Positions 35,922-45,841 of a stretch of 48,201 nucleotides of DNA are shown in pieces. Made by a program: the position numbers and the translations under genes. Within the stretch, counting starts at the first letter, position 1; the number at the start of each line of letters is the position of its first letter. A model generated the notes under the pieces. That model saw only the letters and a program-made list of their open reading frames with translations. It searched no databases and was not told the origin of the DNA. This stretch comes from a virus (lineage: Duplodnaviria; Caudoviricetes): positions 1 to 48,201 of IMG/VR virus record IMGVR_UViG_3300023275_000046; one strand, written 5' to 3'.

Positions 35922-36740
35922 ATGGCAATTTCCCTTGCTTCCATTAGCCGCACGACACGCGCGTCGAAGCCGCCGCGCGTCGTCATTCACGGTCCGCACG
36001 GCATCGGCAAGACGACGCTCGGCGCAAACGCGTACGCGCCGATCATCCTTCCGTTCGAAGACGGCTTGTCCGGCCTCGAGGTCGACGCGTTCCCGAAGTT
36101 CACCAACTACGCCGATGCACTGGCCGCGGTTCGCTTGCTCGCCGCCGGCGGCCATCAGTTCGGCACCGCCGTGCTCGATTCGCTTGATTGGCTCGAACCG
36201 CTGATTTGGGAACACGTTTGCAAGAAAAACGACTGGGCAAATATCGAGGCGCCCGGCTTCGGTAAGGGCTACATCGACGCGACGGCGACGTGGAGCGAAT
36301 TCCTCGAAGCACTCGACATGCTGCGCGATTCCGGCATGGCAGTGATCTGCATCGCGCACAGCGAGGTCAAGCGCTTCGACGCGCCGGACACCGAGGCGTA
36401 CGACCGCTACCAGATCAAGCTGCAGAAAGCCGCCAGCGCAATCGTGCACGAGTGGGCCGACATCGTCGGCTTCGCCCAATTCGAAACCATCGTGCACAAG
36501 GACAAGGTCGCTGGCGGTTTCAGCAAAGACGGACGCGCGCGCGGCGTCGCAACGGGTCGCCGCTTGCTCCGTGTCGTCGAGAAGCCGGCATACGTCGCGA
36601 AGAACCGCTACGGCATGCCCGACACGATCCCGCTCGACTGGAACGCGCTGGTCGCGGCGCTGACGCCGCCGCCCGCGCAACAGAACACCGCCGCGCCCGC
36701 GGCGGCCGAAACACCCGCGACCGAACAGGCCGCGGCGTAA
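35922..36740 (+). CDS. AAA_24 ATPase (Sak4-like single-strand annealing protein)
   Basis: HGPHGIGKTT, VLDSLDWLE, GFGKGY, AYVAKNRY. Confidence 0.88.
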   Translation: MAISLASISRTTRASKPPRVVIHGPHGIGKTTLGANAYAPIILPFEDGLSGLEVDAFPKFTNYADALAAVRLLAAGGHQFGTAVLDSLDWLEPLIWEHVCKKNDWANIEAPGFGKGYIDATATWSEFLEALDMLRDSGMAVICIAHSEVKRFDAPDTEAYDRYQIKLQKAASAIVHEWADIVGFAQFETIVHKDKVAGGFSKDGRARGVATGRRLLRVVEKPAYVAKNRYGMPDTIPLDWNALVAALTPPPAQQNTAAPAAAETPATEQAAA

Positions 36741-36780
36741 CTCCGCAACCCAACCCGCACACAGCACACGAGGCAATCCC

Positions 36781-37356
36781 ATGGCTTTTCTTGGTCAGAA
36801 CTTCAACCCGAACGAAGTCGCCCCATCGGTCGACTTGCAGCCGCTCCCGAGTGGCGAATACCCCGCAATGATCGTCGACTCGCAGATGAAGCCGACGAAA
36901 AACGGCAAGGGCCAGTATCTCGAACTGACCTATCAGATCATCGATGGGCCGATGAAGGGCCGCATGGTCTGGTCGCGCCTCAACCTCGTCAACCAGTCGA
37001 CGAAGGCCGTCGAGATTGCGAATCGCGATCTGTCGGCGATCTGCGCCGCTGTGAATGAGACCGGCCTCATTTCGGACTCGGCCGTTCTGCACAACCGACC
37101 GCACCTGATCCGCGTTGAGTTCGTCCCCGCCGACTATGACGCGGTGTCGAAGCCCACCGGCAACCGCAAGGACAGCAACGAGGTTGCCGCATACAAGCGC
37201 CTCGACGGCGCGCCGCCAACGATGGCGACGATTGTTCCCGCCGGCACCAACGGCGCCCTGCCGCTCGCTGGTGGCGCTACTGGCGGCAACAACGCGGCCG
37301 CGCCCGCAAAGCCGACTTGGGCCGGCGGAGGTGCGCAGCAGAACGCCGCGGCCTGA
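36781..37356 (+). CDS. DUF669 ssDNA-binding-like protein
   Basis: PLPSGEYPAMIVDS..KPTKNGKGQYLEL...GRMVWSRLNL; follows the Sak4-like gene. Confidence 0.85.
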   Translation: MAFLGQNFNPNEVAPSVDLQPLPSGEYPAMIVDSQMKPTKNGKGQYLELTYQIIDGPMKGRMVWSRLNLVNQSTKAVEIANRDLSAICAAVNETGLISDSAVLHNRPHLIRVEFVPADYDAVSKPTGNRKDSNEVAAYKRLDGAPPTMATIVPAGTNGALPLAGGATGGNNAAAPAKPTWAGGGAQQNAAA

Positions 37357-37369
37357 CCCATCGCTACAT

Positions 37370-37393
37370 AGCGGCGGCCGTCCGGTCGCCGCT
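37370..37393 (+). terminator. Stem-loop after the SSB-like gene
   Basis: AGCGGCGGCC-GTCC-GGTCGCCGCT; no strong U tract. Confidence 0.4.
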
Positions 37394-37419
37394 GCATCCC
37401 TTCGCTACCGGAGCACCTG

Positions 37420-37647
37420 ATGAGCACCACACGTATCTACGTTGTTCGACCGAAAAAGCCCGGCGCCGAAACGCCGCGGCTGGTCAATGCGGCGAGCCGC
37501 AACGCAGCGCTTCGCCACGTCGCAGCGTCTTCGCTGACAGTCGACGTCGCGGGCCAAAACGAGCTGGTCGATCTGATCGGCAAGGGCGTCAAGGTCGAAG
37601 TCCCTGGCCTCGAAGCCACCGACGACGACAAGGACGGCGCGCAGTAA
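37420..37647 (+). CDS. Hypothetical protein
   Basis: GGAG RBS; TRIYVV...RLVNAAS..AALRHVA. Confidence 0.7.
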   Translation: MSTTRIYVVRPKKPGAETPRLVNAASRNAALRHVAASSLTVDVAGQNELVDLIGKGVKVEVPGLEATDDDKDGAQ

Positions 37648-38744
37648 TGGCCCTCTTGCCGGCTCGCCCGATCGCTGACCCGACGCTGGATGCGGTGCGC
37701 GACATCGTCGAGGCGCAAGCCGCGGCGAAGAACGTGCGCACCTACCTTGGCATGTCGGCGATCGGGCAGCCGTGCGAGCGATGGCTTTGGTATTCGTTCC
37801 GGTGGGTCGTGCGCGAGGTCTTCACCACGACGGAGCTATGGCGCTTCGAAGACGGCCACCGCAGTGAAGACGTCATGGCTGCGCGCTTGCGCCTCGTGCC
37901 TGGCGTGCACTTGATGACGATCGACCCGCGCACCGGCCACCAGTTCGAATACGTCGACCTCGGCGGGCACTTTCGTGGGCATTCGGATGGCCTGGTTACC
38001 GGCCTTCTGCAGGCGCCGAAAGCCCTACACGTGTGGGAAGCGAAGTGCACGGACGAGGCAACGCATCGCGAGCTGGTGAAGCTCAAGACGGAAGACGAAA
38101 AGACGGCGCTGAAAAAGTGGGACGCCGTTTATTACGCGCAAGCGATCATGTACATGGCGTACGCCGAGGCGCCGCGCCACTACCTGACTGGCTCGACGTG
38201 CGGTGCGCGCGCGTGGGTCGGCGTTCGGACCGATTCGGACCTGCACTTCGCGAACCTGCTGCGCGAAAAGGCGGAGCGCGTCATCACGGCAAAAGTCCCG
38301 CTGACGCGGATCAGCGACAAGGCTGAGCTGTATCTCTGCAAGTGGTGCCCCGCGCAGTGGATTTGCCACGGCTCTGCAATGCCGGCGGTCAACTGTCGGA
38401 CCTGCGCGCACGCAACGCCGGAAATGAACACGGCCACCGGCCGCTGGTCCTGCGCGCTGCGCAACAAGGATCTGACGCCGGCGGAGCAGCGTGCCGGTTG
38501 CGCGGGTCATCGCTACGTCCCCGCGCTCGTGAAGTTCGGCGAAGCGGTCGACGCGGACCCGCAAGCCAACTGGATCGAATACCAGATGAAAGACGGCCGC
38601 ACGTTCCGCAACGGCGGGGCAGGGCCGAACGCCTACACGTCGGACGAGCTGCGAGTGATTCAACCCTCGTTGATCGGCGACCCCGAAACCGCAGCGCTGC
38701 GCCAGCACTTCAACGCGCGCCACGTCGAAGCGAGCAGCGCATGA
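37647..38744 (+). CDS. Cas4-like PD-(D/E)xK exonuclease
   Basis: YLGMSAIGQPCERWLWYSFRW, GHSDG, WEAK, YYAQ, CKWC, CRTC. Confidence 0.85.
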   Translation: MALLPARPIADPTLDAVRDIVEAQAAAKNVRTYLGMSAIGQPCERWLWYSFRWVVREVFTTTELWRFEDGHRSEDVMAARLRLVPGVHLMTIDPRTGHQFEYVDLGGHFRGHSDGLVTGLLQAPKALHVWEAKCTDEATHRELVKLKTEDEKTALKKWDAVYYAQAIMYMAYAEAPRHYLTGSTCGARAWVGVRTDSDLHFANLLREKAERVITAKVPLTRISDKAELYLCKWCPAQWICHGSAMPAVNCRTCAHATPEMNTATGRWSCALRNKDLTPAEQRAGCAGHRYVPALVKFGEAVDADPQANWIEYQMKDGRTFRNGGAGPNAYTSDELRVIQPSLIGDPETAALRQHFNARHVEASSA

Positions 38745-38884
38745 GAACAGTACCGAAACCCGGCGCAAAGCCGGCGCCGCAGAAACGCACCCATCCTTGG
38801 CGCAACTACGACAGCGCGTATTTCGCGCCGCGTCGCGACAGCAGATCAGAACCCGAATGGCACCAAAGGAAAACGCGCCGATGA
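38741..38884 (+). CDS. 47-aa hypothetical protein with HPWR motif
   Basis: ATGA overlaps at both ends. Confidence 0.5.
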   Translation: MRTVPKPGAKPAPQKRTHPWRNYDSAYFAPRRDSRSEPEWHQRKTRR

Positions 38885-39192
38885 GTCACCGAAAGCAAAA
38901 CACCGAGGGCATGTGCAAACCCATCGGCGATATATCCGACAAGGTTACCGCGCTGAGCAATGGCGTGCGCGAGCGCATTCTGCACACGCGCGGTCGCTGC
39001 GGCACCGTGCACGTTTTCGTGAAGCGCGGCGCCGTTTTCGCGATCGACGTCGAGTCAATGACCGCGCAGACGATGTTGCGCGATCCGAACGCCAGCCTGC
39101 TCGGCACTTATACGCGACGCGCGAAGCCGCGCGATATCGCTGACGACTTTAAAACCTACGTCAACGAGCTACAGGAGGCGCGCGCTGCATGA
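38881..39192 (+). CDS. Hypothetical protein
   Basis: AAGGA RBS; coupled ORF. Confidence 0.6.
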   Translation: MSHRKQNTEGMCKPIGDISDKVTALSNGVRERILHTRGRCGTVHVFVKRGAVFAIDVESMTAQTMLRDPNASLLGTYTRRAKPRDIADDFKTYVNELQEARAA

Positions 39193-39533
39193 GAGCGTTT
39201 CGGTGCCGTTGCCGTCGCAAGGCGTGCGAGGCGCGCCAGACCCTCGCAATGCATCCCGACGACTACCTGCGGCCACCACGGTGCAAATCCTGCCTCAGTC
39301 CGTGTCCGTGCGGGCAGCGACAGAACCACAAGAAAACCGACCGCTGCGGACCGCGCCCCGGACTGCGCGTCGACAAATACAGACAGCGGATCGAGACGAA
39401 GAAAAACGTTTGCAAATGCTACGGCTACTCGTTCCCGCATGCGTACGGGCGCGGGTGGTGCGAGCACAACAACAAGCTGACCGAACAGCACTACATCGAC
39501 CGATTTTCCTACATGGGTCAGCGAGCCGCGTAG
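39189..39533 (+). CDS. Cys-rich putative zinc-binding protein
   Basis: AGGAGG RBS; CRC...C, CKSC, CKCYGYSFPH..G..C. Confidence 0.7.
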   Translation: MRAFRCRCRRKACEARQTLAMHPDDYLRPPRCKSCLSPCPCGQRQNHKKTDRCGPRPGLRVDKYRQRIETKKNVCKCYGYSFPHAYGRGWCEHNNKLTEQHYIDRFSYMGQRAA

Positions 39534-39589
39534 CTCGCGGCCACCGTCGCCGGGTCGGTTACGCGGCAACCCACAAGAGGCTTTCCCCT

Positions 39590-40090
39590 ATGAATGGCAC
39601 GAAGTTGAAAATCTTGTCCGCGCTCTCGATCGCCGCCTTTATCGACGGCCGCATCGGCCCGGCGCATACCGTCACCAATCCCGGCTTCAAGGACCTGGTC
39701 GGCGTCAATCTCGGCGAGCACGGCGCGGCGACGTCGGTGTTCTCGCTGAATCCGGGCGAGGCGATCGCGATCAAGATCGATGCTGTGGACGCGGTCCGTG
39801 CGCGCAACGGCGGCAAGGACGGCTACACGCTTTCCTTCGCTTCCGCGAACAGTTCGGGCGACATGGCCGTCGCTGTCACGTCGACGCCGGAAACCCCGGA
39901 CTGGAACGACATCCGCACGACGATCAAGCGGGTCATTCCAACCGCGGGCGCAGGCGCCCTAAAGCTGGGTGTGCAGGGGCAGCAGCCCTGGCACATCGAG
40001 CAGGTGCACGGCCAGTTCTACGTAATCGCCAATCTCACGGATAAGCCGCAGCACTACTACTTCCAGGGCAACGGCGCTCCGGCGAAGTAG
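39590..40090 (+). CDS. Hypothetical beta-rich protein
   Basis: GAGG RBS; 166 aa. Confidence 0.65.
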   Translation: MNGTKLKILSALSIAAFIDGRIGPAHTVTNPGFKDLVGVNLGEHGAATSVFSLNPGEAIAIKIDAVDAVRARNGGKDGYTLSFASANSSGDMAVAVTSTPETPDWNDIRTTIKRVIPTAGAGALKLGVQGQQPWHIEQVHGQFYVIANLTDKPQHYYFQGNGAPAK

Positions 40091-40118
40091 GCGACAGCTA
40101 AGCGATTGAAGTCATCTC

Positions 40119-40151
40119 GGCCTGACCGGTCCGCCGGTCAGGCCCTTAATT
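40119..40151 (+). terminator. Stem-loop terminator candidate
   Basis: GGCCTGACCGG-TCCG-CCGGTCAGGCC then CTTAATT. Confidence 0.55.
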
Positions 40152-40161
40152 CGGAGTCCCC

Positions 40162-41079
40162 ATGTTCCGCAACCTCACGATGTTTCGTTTCCCGCCGTCC
40201 TGCGCTGATGCGCTCGCCGGGCTCGCGCACACACTCGAAGTAGAGCCGACCCTGATGCTGCGCGAGCCTGGCCCGATGGATCTGGCGACGCGCGGGTTCG
40301 TCCCCGTCATCAGCGACGACGTCGTGATGCACGTGGGGCAATACTTGCTCTTCGCGATCGGCACCCGGGAGCGCCTTTTGCCCGCGTCGGTAGTGAACCG
40401 CGCGCTGCAGGAACGCCTCACCAAGATCACCGAGACCGAGGGCCGCCGCGTCGGCTCCAAGGAACGAAAGCGGCTGCGCGAAGAGGTCATCACCGACCTG
40501 ATGCCGCGCGCCTTCATCGAACACAGGTTCACGCGCGCCTATGTCGACATCGCAGCCGGCTGGCTCGTGATCGACACAGCCTCGCGCCGGATCGCGGATG
40601 ACGTCGTCGCGCAGATTCGCGAAGCCCTGGGCCGGTTCCCCGCGCAGCCGATGGCGCCGCAGGAATCGCCGCGCGCGATCCTGACCGACTGGCTCGTTTC
40701 CGATCAGCCGTTGCCGGACGGCTTCGGCCTCGGCAGCGAGTGCGAGCTGCGCGATCCGGCCGAAGGCGGCGGTAAGTGGTCCGGCCGTCGCGTCGACCTT
40801 GAAGGCGACGACGTCCGCGAACACCTCGGCGCCGGCATGCAGGCGTTCGCGCTCGGACTCGAGTTCGACGATCGCATCGGCTTCGTGCTGACTGAAGACC
40901 TGGCGCTGCGGAAGTTCCAGACCTTCGATGTTGTGTTCGAGCAGCACGACATGGTGCAGCACGAATCCGCGAACGCGGAGCTGCAAGCGCGCCTTGCCCT
41001 GCTCGCCGGCGAGGTCGGCAACCTGCAGACGCGGCTGTCGTCGATCTTCGGACTGAGCCGCCCGGAGGATCGAGCATGA
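40162..41079 (+). CDS. rdgC: Recombination-associated protein RdgC
   Basis: MFRNLTMFR, ERLLPASVV, DLMPRAF, WLVIDTAS, FVLTEDL. Confidence 0.92.
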   Translation: MFRNLTMFRFPPSCADALAGLAHTLEVEPTLMLREPGPMDLATRGFVPVISDDVVMHVGQYLLFAIGTRERLLPASVVNRALQERLTKITETEGRRVGSKERKRLREEVITDLMPRAFIEHRFTRAYVDIAAGWLVIDTASRRIADDVVAQIREALGRFPAQPMAPQESPRAILTDWLVSDQPLPDGFGLGSECELRDPAEGGGKWSGRRVDLEGDDVREHLGAGMQAFALGLEFDDRIGFVLTEDLALRKFQTFDVVFEQHDMVQHESANAELQARLALLAGEVGNLQTRLSSIFGLSRPEDRA

Positions 41080-41633
41080 TCCGCCTCCCTACCTGGCTGC
41101 TGTTGCGGCTGTCGAATTGGGCGCATTTTCGCGTCACGGCCGCGCGAGACCCCGATCAGGTCATCGGCGGTCGCGACAACCCCTATATGAAACGATGGTG
41201 GGTGACGCCCTGGCGTGCATACGTCGCGATCCCGCGCGCCGAACGCACACGCTGGCAGAAGTTCGTCGTGGCCCTCGGCTTGCCCAACGTCTACGTGCAC
41301 GAGTTCTGGCGCAGCGACGATGACCGCGCGCTGCACGATCATCCGTGGGCGAACCTGTCGGTCCTGCTCGAAGGCGAATACACCGAACACACGATCGACG
41401 CCGGCGGAATTCATCGCCGCGTGATCCGCAAGGCTGGCGACCTCGTGATGCGTTGCGCCGCCAGCGCGCACCGCATCGAGCTGCACGACGGAATGTGCTG
41501 GACCCTGTTCGTGACCGGATTCAAGACGCGCAATTGGGGCTTCCATTGCCCCGAGCAAGGATGGATTGACTGGCGGCGCTTCACCAACGCCGCGGACGGC
41601 GGCGAGACGGTAGGACCGGGGTGCGACGCATGA
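41076..41633 (+). CDS. Phage cupin-like protein
   Basis: NVYVHEFWRSDDDRALHDHPW...G.Y.E...HRIEL...WTLF.TG...WGF. Confidence 0.7.
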   Translation: MIRLPTWLLLRLSNWAHFRVTAARDPDQVIGGRDNPYMKRWWVTPWRAYVAIPRAERTRWQKFVVALGLPNVYVHEFWRSDDDRALHDHPWANLSVLLEGEYTEHTIDAGGIHRRVIRKAGDLVMRCAASAHRIELHDGMCWTLFVTGFKTRNWGFHCPEQGWIDWRRFTNAADGGETVGPGCDA

Positions 41634-42091
41634 ACGACCATTACGTGGACTGGTACGGCCGCGGCGGCATCGGTAGTCGCCCGCAGAACTGGCGCACCCC
41701 GCGTGTCCTATTCGACGCCCTTCACGCGGAATTTGGGTTCACCCTCGACGGCGCCAGCGAGCCAGGCAACGGGTTGTTGCCGCTAGCGTCGACTGCGGAG
41801 CGTCCGATCAACTGGAGTGGGCACCGCGTGTTCTGTAACCCGCCGTGGTCCAACATCCTCCCATTCGTCGAGCAGGCGCCGTGCGCCGAACTCGCCGTAT
41901 TCCTCGTGCCGGCACGAACGAACGTGCGTTGGTTCCATCGTGCACTAGCACTCGGTGCGCGAGGTCGATTCTTCCCCGGAAGGCCACGGTTCGAGCTGGC
42001 TGAGCGCACTGGGCGCGGGCACAACAGCCCCGTCGACTGCATGTACCTCGTGTTCGGAGTGGCGAATCAGCTAGGGAGGGCCGCGGCATGA
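41630..42091 (+). CDS. Phage N6-adenine methyltransferase (T1 Dam-like)
   Basis: WRTP..LFDALHAEFGFTLD, VFCNPPW, LVPART...WFH. Confidence 0.85.
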   Translation: MNDHYVDWYGRGGIGSRPQNWRTPRVLFDALHAEFGFTLDGASEPGNGLLPLASTAERPINWSGHRVFCNPPWSNILPFVEQAPCAELAVFLVPARTNVRWFHRALALGARGRFFPGRPRFELAERTGRGHNSPVDCMYLVFGVANQLGRAAA

Positions 42092-42651
42092 CTTCGGCCC
42101 TCATAAAACGCTCCCGCGAACTGATCGCGGCGTGCAACAACGCGAAGACGGAGCACGAGCACGCGCTAGCTCTGGCGACACTCGAAGGCTGGCGCCTGGG
42201 CGTCGCTGACGCGGGCGGCGCGTTCGATTGGACGGACGCCGATCTACACCACATCGGCAGCGATGCCGATCGCCCGATGTGCATGGGCGTGTTCCTCGAC
42301 TGGAAGCCGGCCAGCGATGCGGAGTGCGCGTGCCCGCAGCACGGCCACTGGATCGGCGCAGAGAGCGTTCTGCGCGCGGCACGCGAGTTCGATATCGCTA
42401 TGCATGGCGAGTGCGCTGCAGAACGCCCCAGGTTGATCGACGTCGAGAAACAGGTGCTTGAGCACATTGCGCGGGCGAAGGCCCCCGAGGCCTACGCGCT
42501 TGTTCCGATCGAGCCGACCGAAGCGATGCTCGAACTGCTCTACGACTCGCAAGACGAAGCGGTATTCGGCATTACGTGGGAGCAGGAATGCGCGGGGCTA
42601 TGGAACACGGTCATCGTCGCCGCGCGCAGGTTCGGAGGTCGGTCGGCATGA
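42088..42651 (+). CDS. Hypothetical protein
   Basis: GGGAGG RBS; LVPIEPTEAML motif common in phage early proteins. Confidence 0.65.
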   Translation: MTSALIKRSRELIAACNNAKTEHEHALALATLEGWRLGVADAGGAFDWTDADLHHIGSDADRPMCMGVFLDWKPASDAECACPQHGHWIGAESVLRAAREFDIAMHGECAAERPRLIDVEKQVLEHIARAKAPEAYALVPIEPTEAMLELLYDSQDEAVFGITWEQECAGLWNTVIVAARRFGGRSA

Positions 42652-42977
42652 CGGTCTACGTCGACAGTATGCGCGCGTCGTTCGGTCGCATGGTCATGTG
42701 TCACATGCTCGCGGACACCGACGACGAGTTGCACGCCATGGCCGACACGATCGGCGTGGCGCGTCGTTGGTGGCAGTCCCCCGAGCGTACCGGCGGGAGC
42801 CATTACGACATCGCGCTGAGTAAGCGCGCCCTAGCCGTCGCAGCAGGCGCGGTGGAAATCTCATGGCGACAAGCCGGCTGCATGAACATGCGCCGCCGCC
42901 TCACGGGTGAACTCGGCCCGCCAGCCGAGGCGGAAGAGTGGGTACGCGAGAAAGCGTTCGCGAAGGTGGCAGAATGA
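42648..42977 (+). CDS. DUF4031 family protein
   Basis: MTVYVD...MCHMLADT..ELHAMA..IG..RRW.Q...HYDI...KRALAV..GA. Confidence 0.85.
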   Translation: MTVYVDSMRASFGRMVMCHMLADTDDELHAMADTIGVARRWWQSPERTGGSHYDIALSKRALAVAAGAVEISWRQAGCMNMRRRLTGELGPPAEAEEWVREKAFAKVAE

Positions 42978-43714
42978 AGCGCGCCCCCTGGTCCGAAACC
43001 GACGTCGCCGCGGCCGCAATGGCGTGGCTGCAAGAGCGCGGATGGGATTGCTACCCCGAGGCGCAGTTCCAGCACGTCAGCGGTCGCGCCGACATCGCCG
43101 CGGTGTTCGGCAGGCGATTAACCATCGTCGAGGCGAAAACCTCAGCGACGATGACCGTGCTCGATCAAGCCGCGCGGTGGATCGGGAAAGCGCATTACAT
43201 CTGGATCGCGACGCCGGTCGATCCGGGCGACACGGTGCGGTGGGTCTGCGAAACGCGCGGCATCGGCATCATGGTGGTGCGCCGCTCCGAGGAATGGCGC
43301 GACGGCAGGCGCGTGTTCGTCCCGTATGTGGACGACGTACAGCCGGCGACCGGCGCCTATTTTTGGAGCGCGACCGGCGGCCGGCAACGGTACGGCTCGA
43401 TGGCTGCGCCGCTGCACCGGTTCGCGCGCGCCGCGGACCTGATCGCCGGCCTTCACCCCGACATGAAACGCGCGACGGCTGGCATGCAGGCGAGACGGGG
43501 CGGCTACTCGACGCCGTTTTCCCGAACGATCGACGCCGCGCGCGAGTTCGTGCAGCGGAACCCCGGCTGCACGATCAAGGAAATGGTCGCCGGCATTTCG
43601 CACCACTACGCGAGCGACGCGGGCGCGCGCAATTCTTTGACGGCGTGGGTCGCTCGCTTCGCGCGCGTCGACGGGTCGCGGCTGTTCCCGATCGGCGAGG
43701 CGAAAGCGGCATGA
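42974..43714 (+). CDS. PD-(D/E)xK-like nuclease with probable C-terminal wHTH
   Basis: SETD...GWDCYPE...RADIAAV...IVEAK. Confidence 0.65.
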   Translation: MKRAPWSETDVAAAAMAWLQERGWDCYPEAQFQHVSGRADIAAVFGRRLTIVEAKTSATMTVLDQAARWIGKAHYIWIATPVDPGDTVRWVCETRGIGIMVVRRSEEWRDGRRVFVPYVDDVQPATGAYFWSATGGRQRYGSMAAPLHRFARAADLIAGLHPDMKRATAGMQARRGGYSTPFSRTIDAAREFVQRNPGCTIKEMVAGISHHYASDAGARNSLTAWVARFARVDGSRLFPIGEAKAA

Positions 43715-43995
43715 GCATCGATAGCCTTGCAGCGCTCGTGAAAGACGCCGAGCAGAACTGCGAGCAGTTCACCTGCGAGAAGCACGGTCACGCGTGGGAG
43801 AGCGCTGGCGGGCGCCAGTGCCCGCGCGGCTGCACGTACAGCCAAACCTACTACGTGTGCCGGCGTTGCGGCGAGGACGACTACGGCGACCGCGGCGGGC
43901 CGGCGCACGCCGATTGCTTCGGCAACGGCGGCGAGCGCTGCTGCGACGGATCGAACGAGAGCGACAACGCTGAAAACATGGAAGAACAGGCATGA
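43711..43995 (+). CDS. Cys-rich hypothetical protein
   Basis: C..HGH.W...GGR.CP...C.Q...C..CG..DYG. Confidence 0.6.
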   Translation: MSIDSLAALVKDAEQNCEQFTCEKHGHAWESAGGRQCPRGCTYSQTYYVCRRCGEDDYGDRGGPAHADCFGNGGERCCDGSNESDNAENMEEQA

Positions 43996-45599
43996 GACGC
44001 ACCCCGCGCCCCTACCAGTCCGCGGCCGTCACCGCGACGTGGAATTTCCTGCAGTACCGCGAGGGGAATCCGTGCATCGTGATTCCGACCGGCGGCGGCA
44101 AGTCGATCGTGATCGCGACGCTTTGCGAGGACGCGTTGACGCAGTGGCCTGGCACACGCATCTGCATCCTCGCGCACGTGCAAGAGCTGGTCGGGCAGAA
44201 CTACGACAAGCTCAAAACCCAGTGGCCGGAAGCGCCGGCTGGGATCTATGCCGCGAGCCTGAACCGGCGCGACCGATTCAATCCGATCATCTTCGCGAGC
44301 ATCCAGTCCGTCGCCAAACGCGCAGCCACGCTCGGATGGTTCGACTTGCTACTGATCGACGAGGCGCACCGCATCCCGCTCAAGGACGAGGGGCTGTATC
44401 GAATGTTCATCAATGCGTGCTTGGCGATCAATCCGCGCCTGCGCATCGTCGGTCTGACGGCGACGGACTACCGCCTCGGCGGTGGCCCAATCGTCGATAG
44501 CGACTACATCCTGACGCACAAGGTTTACGAGGCCCGGATCGGCGACCTCGTGCGCGAGGGCTATCTGTGCCGGCTCACCAGCAAGGCCGGCAACGCGCGC
44601 GCGGACATGGACGGCATGCACATCCGCAACGGAGATTACGTGCAGGCCGAGTTGCAGCAGGCTTCGAACGTCGAGGCGATCGTCAATGCGGCGTGCGACG
44701 AAATGGTCGAACGCTGCGCGGACCGCCACGCATGGATCGTCTTCGCCGCTGGCGCCGAGCACGCAGAGTCGGTCACGGCGAAGCTGATAGAGCGCGGGAT
44801 CGCTGCGGCGTCGATCACGGACAAGACGGCGACGGGCCTGCGCCGCGAGCGCATCGCGAAGTTCCAGAACCGCGAGCTACGCGCCCTGGTCAACGTCAAC
44901 ATCCTATCGGAAGGCTTCGACGCACCGCATATCGATGCCGTCGTGCTGATGCGCCGCACACAGTCGGCCGCGCTGTACTACCAACAGGTCGGTCGCGGGA
45001 TGCGCTTGTTCCCCGGCAAGGCTGACTGCCTAGTGCTCGACTTCACCGACAACGTCGAGCGGCTTGGCCCGGTCGACGCCATCGTCGGGCCGAAGCGCCC
45101 AGGCGACAAGGCGAAGGGCGAGGCGACGCTGCGCCAGTGCCCGGAGTGCAACACCTATGTTCCGGTGCAGACGCGAACCTGCGCATGCGGACACGAGTTC
45201 CCGATTGCCGAGGAAAGCGCGAAGCACAACGCGACGGCCAGCGATGCGCCGATCATGTCGGACGAAATCGAGCCGGTTCGGCCGACGATCTACAACGTCG
45301 TCTCTGTCGACTACTCGGTGCACAAGAAAAAGGGGCGGCCGGACACGTTCAAGGTCGCGTATTTCACCGGCATGCGGACCTTCTATGTGTGGGTGCACCT
45401 AGAGCACGGCGGCGAGGCGCGCGCCCGAGCGATGGGGTGGTGGATGCTGCACGACCGCGTGGGCCTGACGCCGCGCACCGTCGCTGACGCGATGCTCGCA
45501 AAAGACCGGCTGCGCAAGCCGGTGCAAATCCTTGTATCCGAATCCGGCAAGTACCCCGAGGTTATCGACTATGCATTTGATGAATCCCGCGCAGCGTGA
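43992..45599 (+). CDS. SF2 DEAH-box helicase (RadD/YejH-like) with zinc finger
   Basis: PTGGGKS, DEAH, GLTAT, LSEGFDAP, QQVGRGMR, CPEC...CACG. Confidence 0.92.
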   Translation: MRRTPRPYQSAAVTATWNFLQYREGNPCIVIPTGGGKSIVIATLCEDALTQWPGTRICILAHVQELVGQNYDKLKTQWPEAPAGIYAASLNRRDRFNPIIFASIQSVAKRAATLGWFDLLLIDEAHRIPLKDEGLYRMFINACLAINPRLRIVGLTATDYRLGGGPIVDSDYILTHKVYEARIGDLVREGYLCRLTSKAGNARADMDGMHIRNGDYVQAELQQASNVEAIVNAACDEMVERCADRHAWIVFAAGAEHAESVTAKLIERGIAAASITDKTATGLRRERIAKFQNRELRALVNVNILSEGFDAPHIDAVVLMRRTQSAALYYQQVGRGMRLFPGKADCLVLDFTDNVERLGPVDAIVGPKRPGDKAKGEATLRQCPECNTYVPVQTRTCACGHEFPIAEESAKHNATASDAPIMSDEIEPVRPTIYNVVSVDYSVHKKKGRPDTFKVAYFTGMRTFYVWVHLEHGGEARARAMGWWMLHDRVGLTPRTVADAMLAKDRLRKPVQILVSESGKYPEVIDYAFDESRAA

Positions 45600-45828
45600 T
45601 CGGACGGCCGCGCTTATTCGAAAGCTCGCGGACCAGCTTGGCGCGACGGCGGAACGCCGCGACTTCGCCGACCAACTGGCCGCCCAGGTCGAAGCGATGT
45701 CGATTCGCCGGGTCTGCAGCGAGTGCTCACATTTCAACAATGGCTACTGCGGCCAATGGCGCGCAGACGTACCTCAAACCGAGCGGCACAACGGCTGCGA
45801 CGCGTGGGACGAAGACATTCCGTTTTGA
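45580..45828 (+). CDS. Hypothetical protein with Cys cluster and acidic DIPF tail
   Basis: CSECSHF...C...W...VP...GCDAWDEDIPF. Confidence 0.65.
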   Translation: MNPAQRDRTAALIRKLADQLGATAERRDFADQLAAQVEAMSIRRVCSECSHFNNGYCGQWRADVPQTERHNGCDAWDEDIPF

Positions 45829-45841
45829 CACAGGACCGACA

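Noticed and set aside
37647-38744. Cas4-like gene as evidence of CRISPR-Cas
   Set aside because: No array or other cas genes; it sits in the standard Sak4-SSB-exonuclease recombination module
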